Source: Bacteroidota bacterium
Lineage (GTDB): Bacteria; Bacteroidota; Bacteroidia; JABDFU01
Assembly (NCBI GenBank): GCA_013286655.1
Contig: JABDFG010000004.1
Span: forward strand, 7,008 to 71,007
Length of the DNA: 64,000 bases
Direction of reading: 5' to 3'
In this document: piece by piece, positions 45,807 through 54,553 of the stretch
How the letters are laid out: the number at the start of each line of letters is the position of its first letter
Numbering within the stretch: position 1 is the stretch's first letter
Position numbers and translations under genes: made by a program
Notes under the pieces: generated by a model
Databases searched by the model: none
Told to the model about the DNA's origin: nothing
What the model saw: the letters and a program-made list of their open reading frames with translations, nothing else

Positions 45807-46640
45807 TTAACTTAATGAATACCGCTTGAAGCCTGTTACAGTCAGGCCATTGCCCGACTCTTTGAGGTATTGGGCGACGGTTTTCTTACTATCCTTAATA
45901 AACTCCTGGTTTAACAAAGTTGATTCTTTATAGAATTTAGCAATTTTTCCTTGTGCAATTTTCTCCACCATCTCTTCCGGCTTGCCTTCCTGACGTATCA
46001 GATCACGGGCAATTTCCAATTCCTTTTCAAGCATTTTAGGATCAACGTCTGCTTTGTCAACAGCTACCGGCGCCATTGCGGCAACCTGCATTGCAACATC
46101 CTTTAAAACATCTGCGGCCACATCCGGAAGGTTGAACCCTACTACTGTCGCCAACCTGTTTCCGGGATGAATATAGGCGGTCACTTTCGCAGCCTCTACT
46201 ATTTCATAGCGGGTCAAATCTATTTTTTCACCTATCTTACCTACTTGTTCCGTAATTTTATCGGCAATAGTCAAACCATTACCGTTATACGATAGCGCTT
46301 TTAGCTCTTCAATTGTTTTGGGCTTTTTATCAATTGCAATTTCTGCAATCTTATTTACGAATTGGGTGAATTCTTCATTTTTTGCGACAAAATCAGTTTC
46401 ACAATTCACAACAATGAGAACACCACGTTTGTTATCCGTTGTAGTTCTGGCAAGTACCACACCTTCGTTGGCATCCCGGTCACTTCGGCTGGCAGCAACT
46501 TTCTGTCCCTTCTTACGAAGAAGATCAATGGCCTTTTCAAAATCTCCCTCTGCTTCAGTAAGCGCCTTCTTGCAGTCCATCATCCCTGCACCAGTGGTCT
46601 GTCTTAATTTATTTACATCAGTGGCGGTTATTGTAGGCAT
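45807..46640 (-). CDS. tsf: translation elongation factor Ts
   Basis: 277 aa. The UBA-like N-terminus is VNKLRQTTGAGMMDCKKAL. Confidence 0.95.
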   Translation of the reverse strand: MPTITATDVNKLRQTTGAGMMDCKKALTEAEGDFEKAIDLLRKKGQKVAASRSDRDANEGVVLARTTTDNKRGVLIVVNCETDFVAKNEEFTQFVNKIAEIAIDKKPKTIEELKALSYNGNGLTIADKITEQVGKIGEKIDLTRYEIVEAAKVTAYIHPGNRLATVVGFNLPDVAADVLKDVAMQVAAMAPVAVDKADVDPKMLEKELEIARDLIRQEGKPEEMVEKIAQGKIAKFYKESTLLNQEFIKDSKKTVAQYLKESGNGLTVTGFKRYSLS

Positions 46641-46688
46641 CTTATTTCAATAGTTTAATATTTTATTCACCCGATTAATCATTCAATC

Positions 46689-47654
46689 CTATTTCTTTCT
46701 TGCCTGACCAGGACGTGAGGAAGCTCCTCCTGGGCGGGAAGAAGAACCACCCGGACGTGAGGAAGAATTACCTGGGCGTGACGAAGTAGATGGAGCAGCT
46801 CCTTTACGCGGGCGTTGCTTGGTGGCAACCGCCTCAGGACGCGCTTCTTCTTCTGAATATTTTTTCAACTTCGAAGAGCCGCTGATCAATTCTTCTGCTT
46901 CTTCTTTCGAGGTTTTATCTTCTGCATCAGCCTTCTCTTCAGCGGCAGCGGCAGCTTCTTTGTCCATTTTCCGATCTCCTAAACCTTCTTCAATTGCTTT
47001 AACAATAAGTTCAGTTATAATAGCAATAGAGGAGGAAGCGTCATCGTTTCCAGGAATAGCAAGATCTACCTTGTTAGGGTCAGAATTCGTATCAACAATC
47101 GCATAGGTTGGGATGTTCAAACGTTTTGCTTCCGCAACAGCAATGTGTTCCTTCATGATATCAACAATAAACAAGGCTGCTGGAAGACGTGTTAAATCGG
47201 CTACGCTACCCAATTGTGATTCAAGTTTCGCCCGCTCGCGGGCAATCATCAAACGCTCCTTTTTAGAAATATTATTATAGGTACCATCCGCTGTCAACTT
47301 ATCGATTTGTGCCATTTTACGAATGGCCTTACGGATAGTGGCGAAATTAGTCAACATGCCACCTGGCCAACGTTCCGTAACATAAGGCATGTTAATGCGT
47401 TTTACCTTTTCAGCAACAATTTCTTTGCCTTGCTTTTTAGTAGCAACAAATAATATTTTTTTACCTGAACGTGCAATCGCTTTTAAAGCAGTAGACGCTT
47501 CTTCAATTTTAGCAACTGTTTTATTCAGATCAATGATATGAATCCCATTCTTTTCAGTAAAAATATAGGGAGCCATTGCAGGATTCCATTTTCTACGTAG
47601 GTGACCAAAATGTACACCAGCTTCGAGTAAATCGTTGAAATTTGTTCTTGACAT
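46689..47654 (-). CDS. rpsB: 30S ribosomal protein S2 with a ~85-aa C-terminal low-complexity extension
   Basis: 321 aa. The S2 core is present ([20 protein letters not shown]). The tail is acidic and then contains (S)SSRPGG repeats. Confidence 0.95.
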   Translation of the reverse strand: MSRTNFNDLLEAGVHFGHLRRKWNPAMAPYIFTEKNGIHIIDLNKTVAKIEEASTALKAIARSGKKILFVATKKQGKEIVAEKVKRINMPYVTERWPGGMLTNFATIRKAIRKMAQIDKLTADGTYNNISKKERLMIARERAKLESQLGSVADLTRLPAALFIVDIMKEHIAVAEAKRLNIPTYAIVDTNSDPNKVDLAIPGNDDASSSIAIITELIVKAIEEGLGDRKMDKEAAAAAEEKADAEDKTSKEEAEELISGSSKLKKYSEEEARPEAVATKQRPRKGAAPSTSSRPGNSSSRPGGSSSRPGGASSRPGQARKK

Positions 47655-47703
47655 TCTTTCAGTTTATAATTTTATTGTACGTTGGTTATTTGTAAGGTAA
47701 AGA

Positions 47704-48090
47704 TTAACGTTTGCTGAACTGGAAGCGCTTGCGGGCTTTCTTTTGACCAGGCTTTTTACGCTCCACCATGCGGGGATCACGGGTCAAAAGACGATCCGGT
47801 TTAAAGGCAACCCTTAAGGTATCGTCTGTTGTAATCATCGCCTTGGCAATTGCCAGACGTAAAGCTTCTGCTTGTCCTGTCAGACCACCACCATCAATGG
47901 TTGCCGTAATATCATATTTATCAACAGATTTAGCTATTACAAGTGCTTGTGTAACCTTGTACCGTAGAATTTCTGTTGGAAAGTATTCTTTGTAATCTTT
48001 ACCGTTAACAGTGATTTCTCCTTTTCCACGGACCGCATAAATGCGGGCCTTAGAGGTTTTTCTTCTTCCTGATGTGTTAATTACTTCCAT
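47704..48090 (-). CDS. rpsI: 30S ribosomal protein S9
   Basis: 128 aa, ending in KKARKRFQFSKR. Confidence 0.95.
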   Translation of the reverse strand: MEVINTSGRRKTSKARIYAVRGKGEITVNGKDYKEYFPTEILRYKVTQALVIAKSVDKYDITATIDGGGLTGQAEALRLAIAKAMITTDDTLRVAFKPDRLLTRDPRMVERKKPGQKKARKRFQFSKR

Positions 48091-48096
48091 CCTGAT

Positions 48097-48552
48097 TTAT
48101 TTAATTGATGTTAATTTAACTGCTTTAGGTTGTTGTGCTTCATGCGGATGCTTTGCACCAACATAAACGAAAAGATTTTTGTAAACATGATCCCCTAATT
48201 TCGTTTTAGGTAACATACGTTTTACCGCCATTTCAACAATGCGTTCCGGAAACGTACGCATTAACTCTTTAGGAGTTGCAAAACGTTGTCCTCCAGGATG
48301 ACCCGTATGACGGATGTACACTTTGTCAGTCAGTTTTTTGCCTGTCAGTTTGATTTTTTCTGCGTTGATAACAACAATGTTATCTCCACTGTCAACATGG
48401 GGGGTAAAGGATGGTTTGTGTTTGCCTCGCAGCATATAGGCAACGCGTGATGCAAGACGACCTAACACTTCGTTTTCAGCATCTACCAATACCCAGTTTT
48501 TTTGCGCAGTTTCCTTATTTTTATAAACTGTTTTGTAGCTAATTGAATCCAC
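48097..48552 (-). CDS. rplM: 50S ribosomal protein L13
   Basis: 151 aa. [16 protein letters not shown] and HTGHPGG motifs. Confidence 0.95.
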   Translation of the reverse strand: MDSISYKTVYKNKETAQKNWVLVDAENEVLGRLASRVAYMLRGKHKPSFTPHVDSGDNIVVINAEKIKLTGKKLTDKVYIRHTGHPGGQRFATPKELMRTFPERIVEMAVKRMLPKTKLGDHVYKNLFVYVGAKHPHEAQQPKAVKLTSIK

Positions 48553-48633
48553 TTTTCACGTATTTTTTAGTTCAATAAAATAGACACTATCCCACAAAGG
48601 GGTTGCGAAGATAAAAAGGTTTTTGAAACTGAG

Positions 48634-48641
48634 CAAATTTA
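48634..48641 (-). promoter_or_regulatory. -7 box TAAATTTG upstream of rplM
   Basis: Exact match on the minus strand, about 80 nt upstream of the rplM ATG. A second copy lies at 48646-48653. Confidence 0.4.
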
Positions 48642-48654
48642 GGCACAAATTTAT

Positions 48655-49536
48655 TCAAAAGTGGTAGTCTTTATAGTCTTTTGTAAATTCTTCCGGCGCG
48701 ATTGGAGGATTTACCTGCAGGTTACGGTATTCATATGATTCAAAAAGACCTCTGTCGTCATATACCCTTATTACCAAAGGTACGTGATACTGCTTATCGA
48801 TGTCCATAACGGTCATTTTCGCATAGTAATTAGGAATCAGGATGTCCTGCCCTTCCCTTATATCCGTATAGCTTTTAATCTTCGGGTTTCGTTCCTTAAT
48901 CATATATTCGCTCAGCCTGAGTCTGCGTGCAATACTGATCAGCGTTTCCTCCTTCTTTACCTTGTAATGAACAAAAGCAAAATCTTCATTGAGTACGATT
49001 ACCTTATACGCATCCTTCCCTTCTACTTTTTCTTCCCCTTTATATAAAAAAATTTTATCGAAATCAGGCCCCGCCTGTAACGCATTAAATGCGATAATTT
49101 CCCGAAAATAGTCATACCCCACTTCATAAATAGTATGGTGCTGATCGCCAATCATCAGCGATCCATAGGGGTTTAAATTCAGATTGATGTAAGGAAAACT
49201 ATTCGGGTTCACCAGGGCATTTCCATTGTTTACACCTTCCAGCCAAAGCACTTCCGTCCCATTTAAATTAAGATAAAGCTTACGGGGAGAACATTGCAGC
49301 TTTACCTTCGATTCATAGCTTTTCACCGGTCCATTGCTGCGTTCCGAAATTTCAAGATTGTATTTCAATGTTTTAACGTTGTCTATGCCTTTCATGAGCT
49401 GATCGATCAGTTCACGACTATTCATAATATTCTCCTGTGCTCCAGAAAGTGGACAGATTACCAACAACGACAGGCAAACAATAGATATAAAAAAGGCTTC
49501 ACGATTAGGTGAAGCCTTAATTTCTTTATCCGGCAT
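48655..49536 (-). CDS. secreted LolA-fold/DUF1571-like protein with an embedded LysM motif
   Basis: 293 aa with a signal/TM segment. ETLISIARRLRLSEYMIKERNP...IREGQDILIP is LysM-like. The overall family call is tentative. Confidence 0.5.
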   Translation of the reverse strand: MPDKEIKASPNREAFFISIVCLSLLVICPLSGAQENIMNSRELIDQLMKGIDNVKTLKYNLEISERSNGPVKSYESKVKLQCSPRKLYLNLNGTEVLWLEGVNNGNALVNPNSFPYINLNLNPYGSLMIGDQHHTIYEVGYDYFREIIAFNALQAGPDFDKIFLYKGEEKVEGKDAYKVIVLNEDFAFVHYKVKKEETLISIARRLRLSEYMIKERNPKIKSYTDIREGQDILIPNYYAKMTVMDIDKQYHVPLVIRVYDDRGLFESYEYRNLQVNPPIAPEEFTKDYKDYHF

Positions 49537-49539
49537 ACT

Positions 49540-49806
49540 TTATGCTTTCTTATCCCCAATAGCATTTACATGCCTGGTGAGCTTAGACTTAATATTTGCC
49601 GCTTTATTTTTATGAATAACATTTTTCTTGGCCAGCTTATCGATCATAGACGTTATTTTAGGAAGCTCTCCTTCTGCCTTTGTCTTATCTGTTTCCGTTC
49701 TCAATGCTTTTATAGCAGTACGTGCAGTTTTAGTAAAATACCTGTTTCTCAGACGCTTTGTATCATTCGCGCGTATACGTTTTTCAGACGATTTATGATT
49801 GGCCAT
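49540..49806 (-). CDS. rpsT: 30S ribosomal protein S20
   Basis: 88 aa, starting [14 protein letters not shown]. Confidence 0.95.
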   Translation of the reverse strand: MANHKSSEKRIRANDTKRLRNRYFTKTARTAIKALRTETDKTKAEGELPKITSMIDKLAKKNVIHKNKAANIKSKLTRHVNAIGDKKA

Positions 49807-49878
49807 TTTTTAGTTTTTAATCAATTGGACGGCAAAGGTAAGCCTTTTCATTGAAATTGCAAATTACTTTTTATTGCT

Positions 49879-49886
49879 TAACTTTG
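49879..49886 (+). promoter_or_regulatory. -7 box TAACTTTG upstream of pdhA
   Basis: Exact match, with 5 nt between the box and the ATG at 49892. Confidence 0.45.
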
Positions 49887-49891
49887 GTTTC

Positions 49892-50878
49892 ATGAAATTT
49901 AACAAGGAAACGTACCTGAATTGGTACGAATTAATGTTATTGATGCGCAGGTTTGAGGAGCGCGCCGGTCAATTATACATACAGCAGAAGATCAGGGGGT
50001 TTTGTCATTTATACATCGGGCAGGAAGCGCTTGTTGCAGGAGCGGAAAGCGCCATCCGAAAAGAAGACCGTGTTATTACCGCCTACCGGGACCACGTGCA
50101 TCCAATTGCCAGAGGCGTCGAAGCTAAATACATTATGGCAGAACTTTTCGCCAAAGCTACGGGTTGCTCCAAAGGTAAAGGCGGATCTATGCACATGTTC
50201 AGCAAAGAACATAATTTTTTCGGAGGACATGGAATTGTAGGCGGACAGATTCCACTTGGAGCAGGAATCGCTTTCGCGGATAAATACAATGGCAACGATC
50301 GGGTAACGCTTTGTTATATGGGAGACGGCGCCGTCCGTCAGGGTGCTTTACATGAGGCCTTTAACATGGCTATGTTGTGGAAGTTGCCGGTACTGTTTAT
50401 TATTGAAAACAATAATTATGCAATGGGGACCTCCGTTGAACGCACCTCCAATGTTCATGAATTATACAAACTGGGCTTGTCTTATGATATGCCTTCTGTG
50501 GCTGTTGATGGCATGAGTTGTGAGGCGGTTCACCAAGCTATTGCTGCTGCTGCCGATTTTGCGCGCAAGGGCAATGGTCCTACCCTTCTTGAAATGAAGA
50601 CCTATCGCTACCGCGGCCATTCCATGAGTGATCCCGGAACCTACCGCAGCAAAGAAGAAGTAGAAGAGCATAAAAAACAGGATCCAATAGAACTTGTATT
50701 GGCTACTTTAAAGAAAAAGACCTGGATAACGGACAAGGAAGTTGAATCCTTTGAAGCCAAAATAAAAGCACAGGTGGATGAAGCGATTAAATTTGCAGAA
50801 GAATCACCCTATCCCGATCCTTCTGAACTTTACAAAGATGTATACACTCAGGCAGATTATCCGTATATAATGGATTGA
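49892..50878 (+). CDS. pdhA: pyruvate (2-oxo acid) dehydrogenase E1 component, alpha subunit
   Basis: I chose the ATG at 49892 (MKFNKETYLNWY), with TAACTTTG at 49879-49886. The TPP motif is GDGAVRQGALHEAFNMA...NN, and YRYRGHSMSDP is present. Confidence 0.9.
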   Translation: MKFNKETYLNWYELMLLMRRFEERAGQLYIQQKIRGFCHLYIGQEALVAGAESAIRKEDRVITAYRDHVHPIARGVEAKYIMAELFAKATGCSKGKGGSMHMFSKEHNFFGGHGIVGGQIPLGAGIAFADKYNGNDRVTLCYMGDGAVRQGALHEAFNMAMLWKLPVLFIIENNNYAMGTSVERTSNVHELYKLGLSYDMPSVAVDGMSCEAVHQAIAAAADFARKGNGPTLLEMKTYRYRGHSMSDPGTYRSKEEVEEHKKQDPIELVLATLKKKTWITDKEVESFEAKIKAQVDEAIKFAEESPYPDPSELYKDVYTQADYPYIMD

Positions 50879-50880
50879 CG

Positions 50881-50989
50881 AATAGTAAATAGTAAATAGT
50901 AAATAGTAAATAGTAAAATCCCAAATCCCAAATCCTTAATCCTTAATCCTTAATCCCTAATCCTTAATCCTAATTCCCAAATCCTAAAT
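50881..50989. repeat. about 15.5 consecutive heptamers in one register: (AATAGTA)5 followed by AAATCCC/TAATCCT variants
   Basis: This tract fills essentially the whole 117-nt pdhA-E2 spacer (50879-50995). Confidence 0.95.
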
Positions 50990-50995
50990 AGAAAC

Positions 50996-52273
50996 ATGGC
51001 CGAAGTAGTAAAAATGCCCAAACTAAGCGACACCATGACAGAAGGTGTCGTTTCCAAATGGTTAAAAAAAGTGGGGGATAAGGTTAAATCAGGCGATATT
51101 CTGGCCGAAATTGACAGTGACAAGGCTACCATGGAATTTGAATCATTTTACGATGGCGTGTTATTGTACATCGGCGTTCCGGATAAGAAAGCGGCACCCG
51201 TAGACTCCATTCTGGCAATCATAGGGAAAGAAGGAGAAGATGTATCGGCCATCATTAATAGTCAGAAAGCGGAAGGAACCAAGCAAAAATCAGAAGATAA
51301 GACTCCGGCCCCGGCAGCAAAAGCCGAGCCGAAAAAAGAAGCAGCGATTAGCAAGCCAACAACAGAGAATACAGCAGCTGCAAGCGTCCGACATTCCGCG
51401 CCTCCTGTTCAAACAGCATCGGCCAACGGTCGCACAAAAGCTTCTCCCCTGGCAAAAAAGCTTGCGGAAGAAAAAGGCATCCCTGTCAACATGCTGCGTG
51501 GCACAGGTGATGGAGGACGTATTATAAAAAGAGACATTGAAAACTATGGAGGCTCCGCCGCCGCCGCTTTTGTCGGCACGGAAAGTTTTGAAGAAGTTGA
51601 AATCTCCCAGATGCGCAAAACAATTGCGCGCAGGTTGGCAGAAAGTAAATTTACTTCTCCTCATTTTTACCTCACCATGGAAATTAACATGGAAGAGGCC
51701 ATGAAAGCCAGGGAAGCAATCAATACAGTTGCACCGGTTAAAGTTTCCTTCAATGATATCGTCATAAAAGCTGTTGCAGCTTCCCTGCGAAAAAATCCAA
51801 AAGTCAACTCTTCCTGGCTGGGAGAGGTGATCCGCTACAATCATCATATTCACATCGGCGTTGCCGTAGCTGTAGAAGATGGGTTGCTTGTGCCGGTAGT
51901 CCGTTTTGCGGATGGAAAAACGCTTTCACAAATAGCAGTGGAAGTAAAAACCTTTGCGCAAAAGGCGAAAGACAAAAAATTGCAGCCCCAGGACTGGGAA
52001 GGAAATACCTTCACCATTTCCAATCTGGGTATGTTTGGTATAGATGAATTTACCGCTATCATCAATCCTCCCGATGCTTGTATCCTTGCGATCGGAGGAA
52101 TAAAGGAAACGCCCATAGTGAAAAACGGGCAATTGGTTCCGGGACATGTAATGAAGGTTACCTTATCCTGCGATCACCGGGTGGTAGATGGCGCAACGGG
52201 TTCTGCCTTCCTGCAAACGCTGAAACAGATGCTGGAAAATCCGGTATTACTGCTGGGAGCGCAGTCGATTTAA
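50996..52273 (+). CDS. dihydrolipoamide acyltransferase (E2) of the pyruvate dehydrogenase complex
   Basis: 425 aa. Lipoyl domain (EIDSDKATMEFES), Ala/Pro linker, E3-binding domain (ASPLAKKLAEEKGI) and the catalytic DHRVVDGA. Confidence 0.9.
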   Translation: MAEVVKMPKLSDTMTEGVVSKWLKKVGDKVKSGDILAEIDSDKATMEFESFYDGVLLYIGVPDKKAAPVDSILAIIGKEGEDVSAIINSQKAEGTKQKSEDKTPAPAAKAEPKKEAAISKPTTENTAAASVRHSAPPVQTASANGRTKASPLAKKLAEEKGIPVNMLRGTGDGGRIIKRDIENYGGSAAAAFVGTESFEEVEISQMRKTIARRLAESKFTSPHFYLTMEINMEEAMKAREAINTVAPVKVSFNDIVIKAVAASLRKNPKVNSSWLGEVIRYNHHIHIGVAVAVEDGLLVPVVRFADGKTLSQIAVEVKTFAQKAKDKKLQPQDWEGNTFTISNLGMFGIDEFTAIINPPDACILAIGGIKETPIVKNGQLVPGHVMKVTLSCDHRVVDGATGSAFLQTLKQMLENPVLLLGAQSI

Positions 52274-52310
52274 AACGAAACTATCCTTTCGCATAATTTT
52301 ATACCTTTAC

Positions 52311-52348
52311 GTATAATACCATTTGGTATAATACCATTTGGTATAATT
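52311..52348. repeat. 15-nt tandem repeat gtataataccatttg x2.5
   Basis: Copies lie at 52311-52325 and 52326-52340, with a partial copy at 52341-52348. The repeat ends 8 nt before the ATPase ATG. Each unit contains tggtataat. Confidence 0.9.
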
Positions 52349-52356
52349 ATCGAACT

Positions 52357-53505
52357 ATGAAAGATTCACCATTTATTTACGGGACCACGGTAAGCATTCA
52401 CTCATTTACGAATAGAGAGTCTGAGTCAGCGAAATTACAAAGCAACCTGCTAAACGGAATCAATACTACCATTATATCCCCCAGAAGATGGGGGAAATCA
52501 TCTTTGGTGGAAAAAGTAATAACCGATATAAACAAGAAAGAACGAAAAACTAAAACAGTAATTATTGACCTCTTTTCAATAAGCAGCGAAGAAGAATTTC
52601 TGGAGTGCTTTGCTAAAGAAGTAATTAAAGCCTCCTCCTCCAAATGGCAAGAATGGATGATCAGTGGCAAAGAGTTTTTTAAAAAACTGATTCCAAAATT
52701 GAGTCTTGGTATTGATCCTGTCACCGACTTTAGTTTAAGTTTCGATTGGCATGAATTAAAAAAAAATAGCGACGAAATTTTAAACCTGCCTGAAACAATT
52801 GCAAAAAAAAAGAATATTAAATTCATTATCTGTTTAGACGAATTTCAAAATCTTCCTTCTTTTAATGACTACCTTATTTTCGAAAAAAAATTAAGATCCT
52901 GTTGGCAACGGCATCAATCAGTCACCTATTGCTTATACGGGAGCAAACGACACATGATGACTGATATTTTCAATAATCCCTCTAAGCCTTTTTATCGCTT
53001 TGGAGATATTATGCTATTGCAGAAAATTGAAACCAAAAAATGGGTGTCGTTTATATGTAAGGGCTTTACCCTAACTGGCAAACAAATAGATGAAAAAACA
53101 GCTGAAATGATTCCAGCGGTAATGAAGAATCATTCCTGGTATGTTCAACAATTGGCGCATTACACTTGGAATATAACACACAAAAAAGCCACTGCGATGG
53201 AAATCCATATTGCATTGAATGAATTAATAAATGCCAACACACCCTTATATCAAAAGGAAACGGAAAGTATTGGACATACACAATTAAATCTATTAAAAGC
53301 AGTAGCGAAAGGCGAAACTCAATTTACAAGCACTTTCGTTATGAACAAACATCAATTGGGCACACCACGCAACGTGAGCAAAAACAAAACCTTACTCATA
53401 AACAACGATATTATTCACGAAATAAATAACAAATTTGAATTTGTCGACCCCGCTTTTGAACTCTGGTTTAAAAAACAATTTTTTAATCGGCCTTATGTGT
53501 CCTAA
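52357..53505 (+). CDS. AAA-type ATP-binding protein of the 'archaeal ATPase' (ATPase_2) family
   Basis: 382 aa. Walker A ISPRRWGKSSLV, Walker B IICLDEFQ, and a C-terminal winged-helix-like region. Confidence 0.75.
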   Translation: MKDSPFIYGTTVSIHSFTNRESESAKLQSNLLNGINTTIISPRRWGKSSLVEKVITDINKKERKTKTVIIDLFSISSEEEFLECFAKEVIKASSSKWQEWMISGKEFFKKLIPKLSLGIDPVTDFSLSFDWHELKKNSDEILNLPETIAKKKNIKFIICLDEFQNLPSFNDYLIFEKKLRSCWQRHQSVTYCLYGSKRHMMTDIFNNPSKPFYRFGDIMLLQKIETKKWVSFICKGFTLTGKQIDEKTAEMIPAVMKNHSWYVQQLAHYTWNITHKKATAMEIHIALNELINANTPLYQKETESIGHTQLNLLKAVAKGETQFTSTFVMNKHQLGTPRNVSKNKTLLINNDIIHEINNKFEFVDPAFELWFKKQFFNRPYVS

Positions 53506-53554
53506 CAAGAATTTATGGACGCCGAAAGGAATGAGACGTATTTAAAACAATTTA

Positions 53555-54466
53555 TCAATCAAACAACCCTTTCTGCCTGATAAATTTTACTTCGGGTATC
53601 TGCAATTTACAAACCCTGTTCAATTCCTTGATGGTGTATGCGCATAACTCGGGAGAGTGCATTTCCTCATGCTGGTGCATAAAGAAATAAATTTCCTGAA
53701 TTCCGGCAGCTATCCATTTCTTTATGCGCTTTACCCAATCATCAATCCGTGTATAATCGGTAGGATGCAAACCATTCCCAACAAAGCGAATGAAAGCCTT
53801 TGGCGTAGTCAGCCCCATGTGAACACAATCTCTTCTCCCCGAGGCATCCGTGATGACGGTTCCAAAACCGGTTTCTGCAAGCATTTCAAATAACCGGGCG
53901 AAATTACCTTCTGCATACCAATCCTTGTGACGCACTTCAACAAAAACATCCAGGTCCTTTGGCAATGATTTCAAATAGGCTTTCATGGAATCGAATTCTT
54001 TCGGCCCGTAGTTGTCGGAAAGTTGAAGAAAACAAGGCCCAAGATGTTTCCCAAATGTATAAATAGCATCCAAAAAACTATCCGTAACCTCTTTCGCATT
54101 TTTCAAACGACGAATATGTGAGATTGAATTAGTAAACTTGGGGCAAAACAAGAAATCCTTTCCAACTTTACTGACCCATTTTTCAATCGTGCTTTTGGGA
54201 AATATCTGGTAGAACATCGCATTAAATTCGATGCAGTTAAAATGTTTAGCATAATTATCCAGGAAGTCAGCTTCTTTGGTTCCTTTGGGATAAATTTTTC
54301 CGATCCATTCTTTTCTGCCCCATTTGGCACAGCCCACATGCACCTTCACTTCCTTTCCCTTGGGTCTTGCATGCTTTTTTAATAACGCAATCGTTTCCGG
54401 TCTGTCAAGCGGTAGCGTAAAATCAATCTTGTTTATTTCCGAGGGAAGAACTTTTCCGAATTCCAT
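53555..54466 (-). CDS. DUF72 (YecE-like) family protein
   Basis: 303 aa. The sequence VHVGCAKWGRKEW...FNCIEFNAMFY...VEVRHKDW resembles the DUF72 family. Confidence 0.8.
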   Translation of the reverse strand: MEFGKVLPSEINKIDFTLPLDRPETIALLKKHARPKGKEVKVHVGCAKWGRKEWIGKIYPKGTKEADFLDNYAKHFNCIEFNAMFYQIFPKSTIEKWVSKVGKDFLFCPKFTNSISHIRRLKNAKEVTDSFLDAIYTFGKHLGPCFLQLSDNYGPKEFDSMKAYLKSLPKDLDVFVEVRHKDWYAEGNFARLFEMLAETGFGTVITDASGRRDCVHMGLTTPKAFIRFVGNGLHPTDYTRIDDWVKRIKKWIAAGIQEIYFFMHQHEEMHSPELCAYTIKELNRVCKLQIPEVKFIRQKGLFD

Positions 54467-54477
54467 GAGGTAAAGAT

Positions 54478-54550
54478 TTGGGATTAAGGATTAAGGATTA
54501 AGGATTGGGGATTGGGGATTGGGGATTGGGGATTTAAAGATGAAGGATTC
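54478..54550. repeat. heptamer tract (AAGGATT)3(GGGGATT)4 in G-rich orientation
   Basis: Four GGGG runs lie at 54507-10, 54514-17, 54521-24 and 54528-31, separated by ATT. The tract sits in the spacer between paaY and the DUF72 gene. Confidence 0.95.
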
Positions 54551-54553
54551 AAA

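Noticed and set aside
50881-50989. Heptamer arrays considered as a CRISPR array or as telomere-like repeats (CCCTAAT/CCCAAAT resemble eukaryotic telomere units).
   Set aside because: The unit length is 7 nt with no spacers, so this is not CRISPR. The tracts lie inside bacterial operons between essential genes, so telomere function is not credible. I treat them as a simple-repeat family instead.
51290-51853. 187-aa antisense ORF inside the E2 acyltransferase gene. Similar long antisense ORFs lie at 26416-26988 (in metF), 55853-56383 (in paaJ), 35795-36136 and 46318-46653.
   Set aside because: Each lies fully inside a gene with strong family motifs on the other strand. Each has Arg/Ser/Cys-rich shadow-frame composition and no independent motif.
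49892-52273. Absence of an E1 beta (pdhB) gene between pdhA and the E2 gene considered as an anomaly.
   Set aside because: As far as I recall, a separate location for pdhB occurs in other Bacteroidota genomes, and it cannot be assessed from one window. Only the repeat-filled spacer is reported.
52357-54466. The solitary AAA/ATPase_2 gene plus the DUF72 gene considered as a candidate phage-defence locus.
   Set aside because: The genes are convergent, not an operon. No nuclease, methylase, TIR, Sir2 or other effector domain is adjacent. In my experience this ATPase family occurs commonly as a stand-alone gene.
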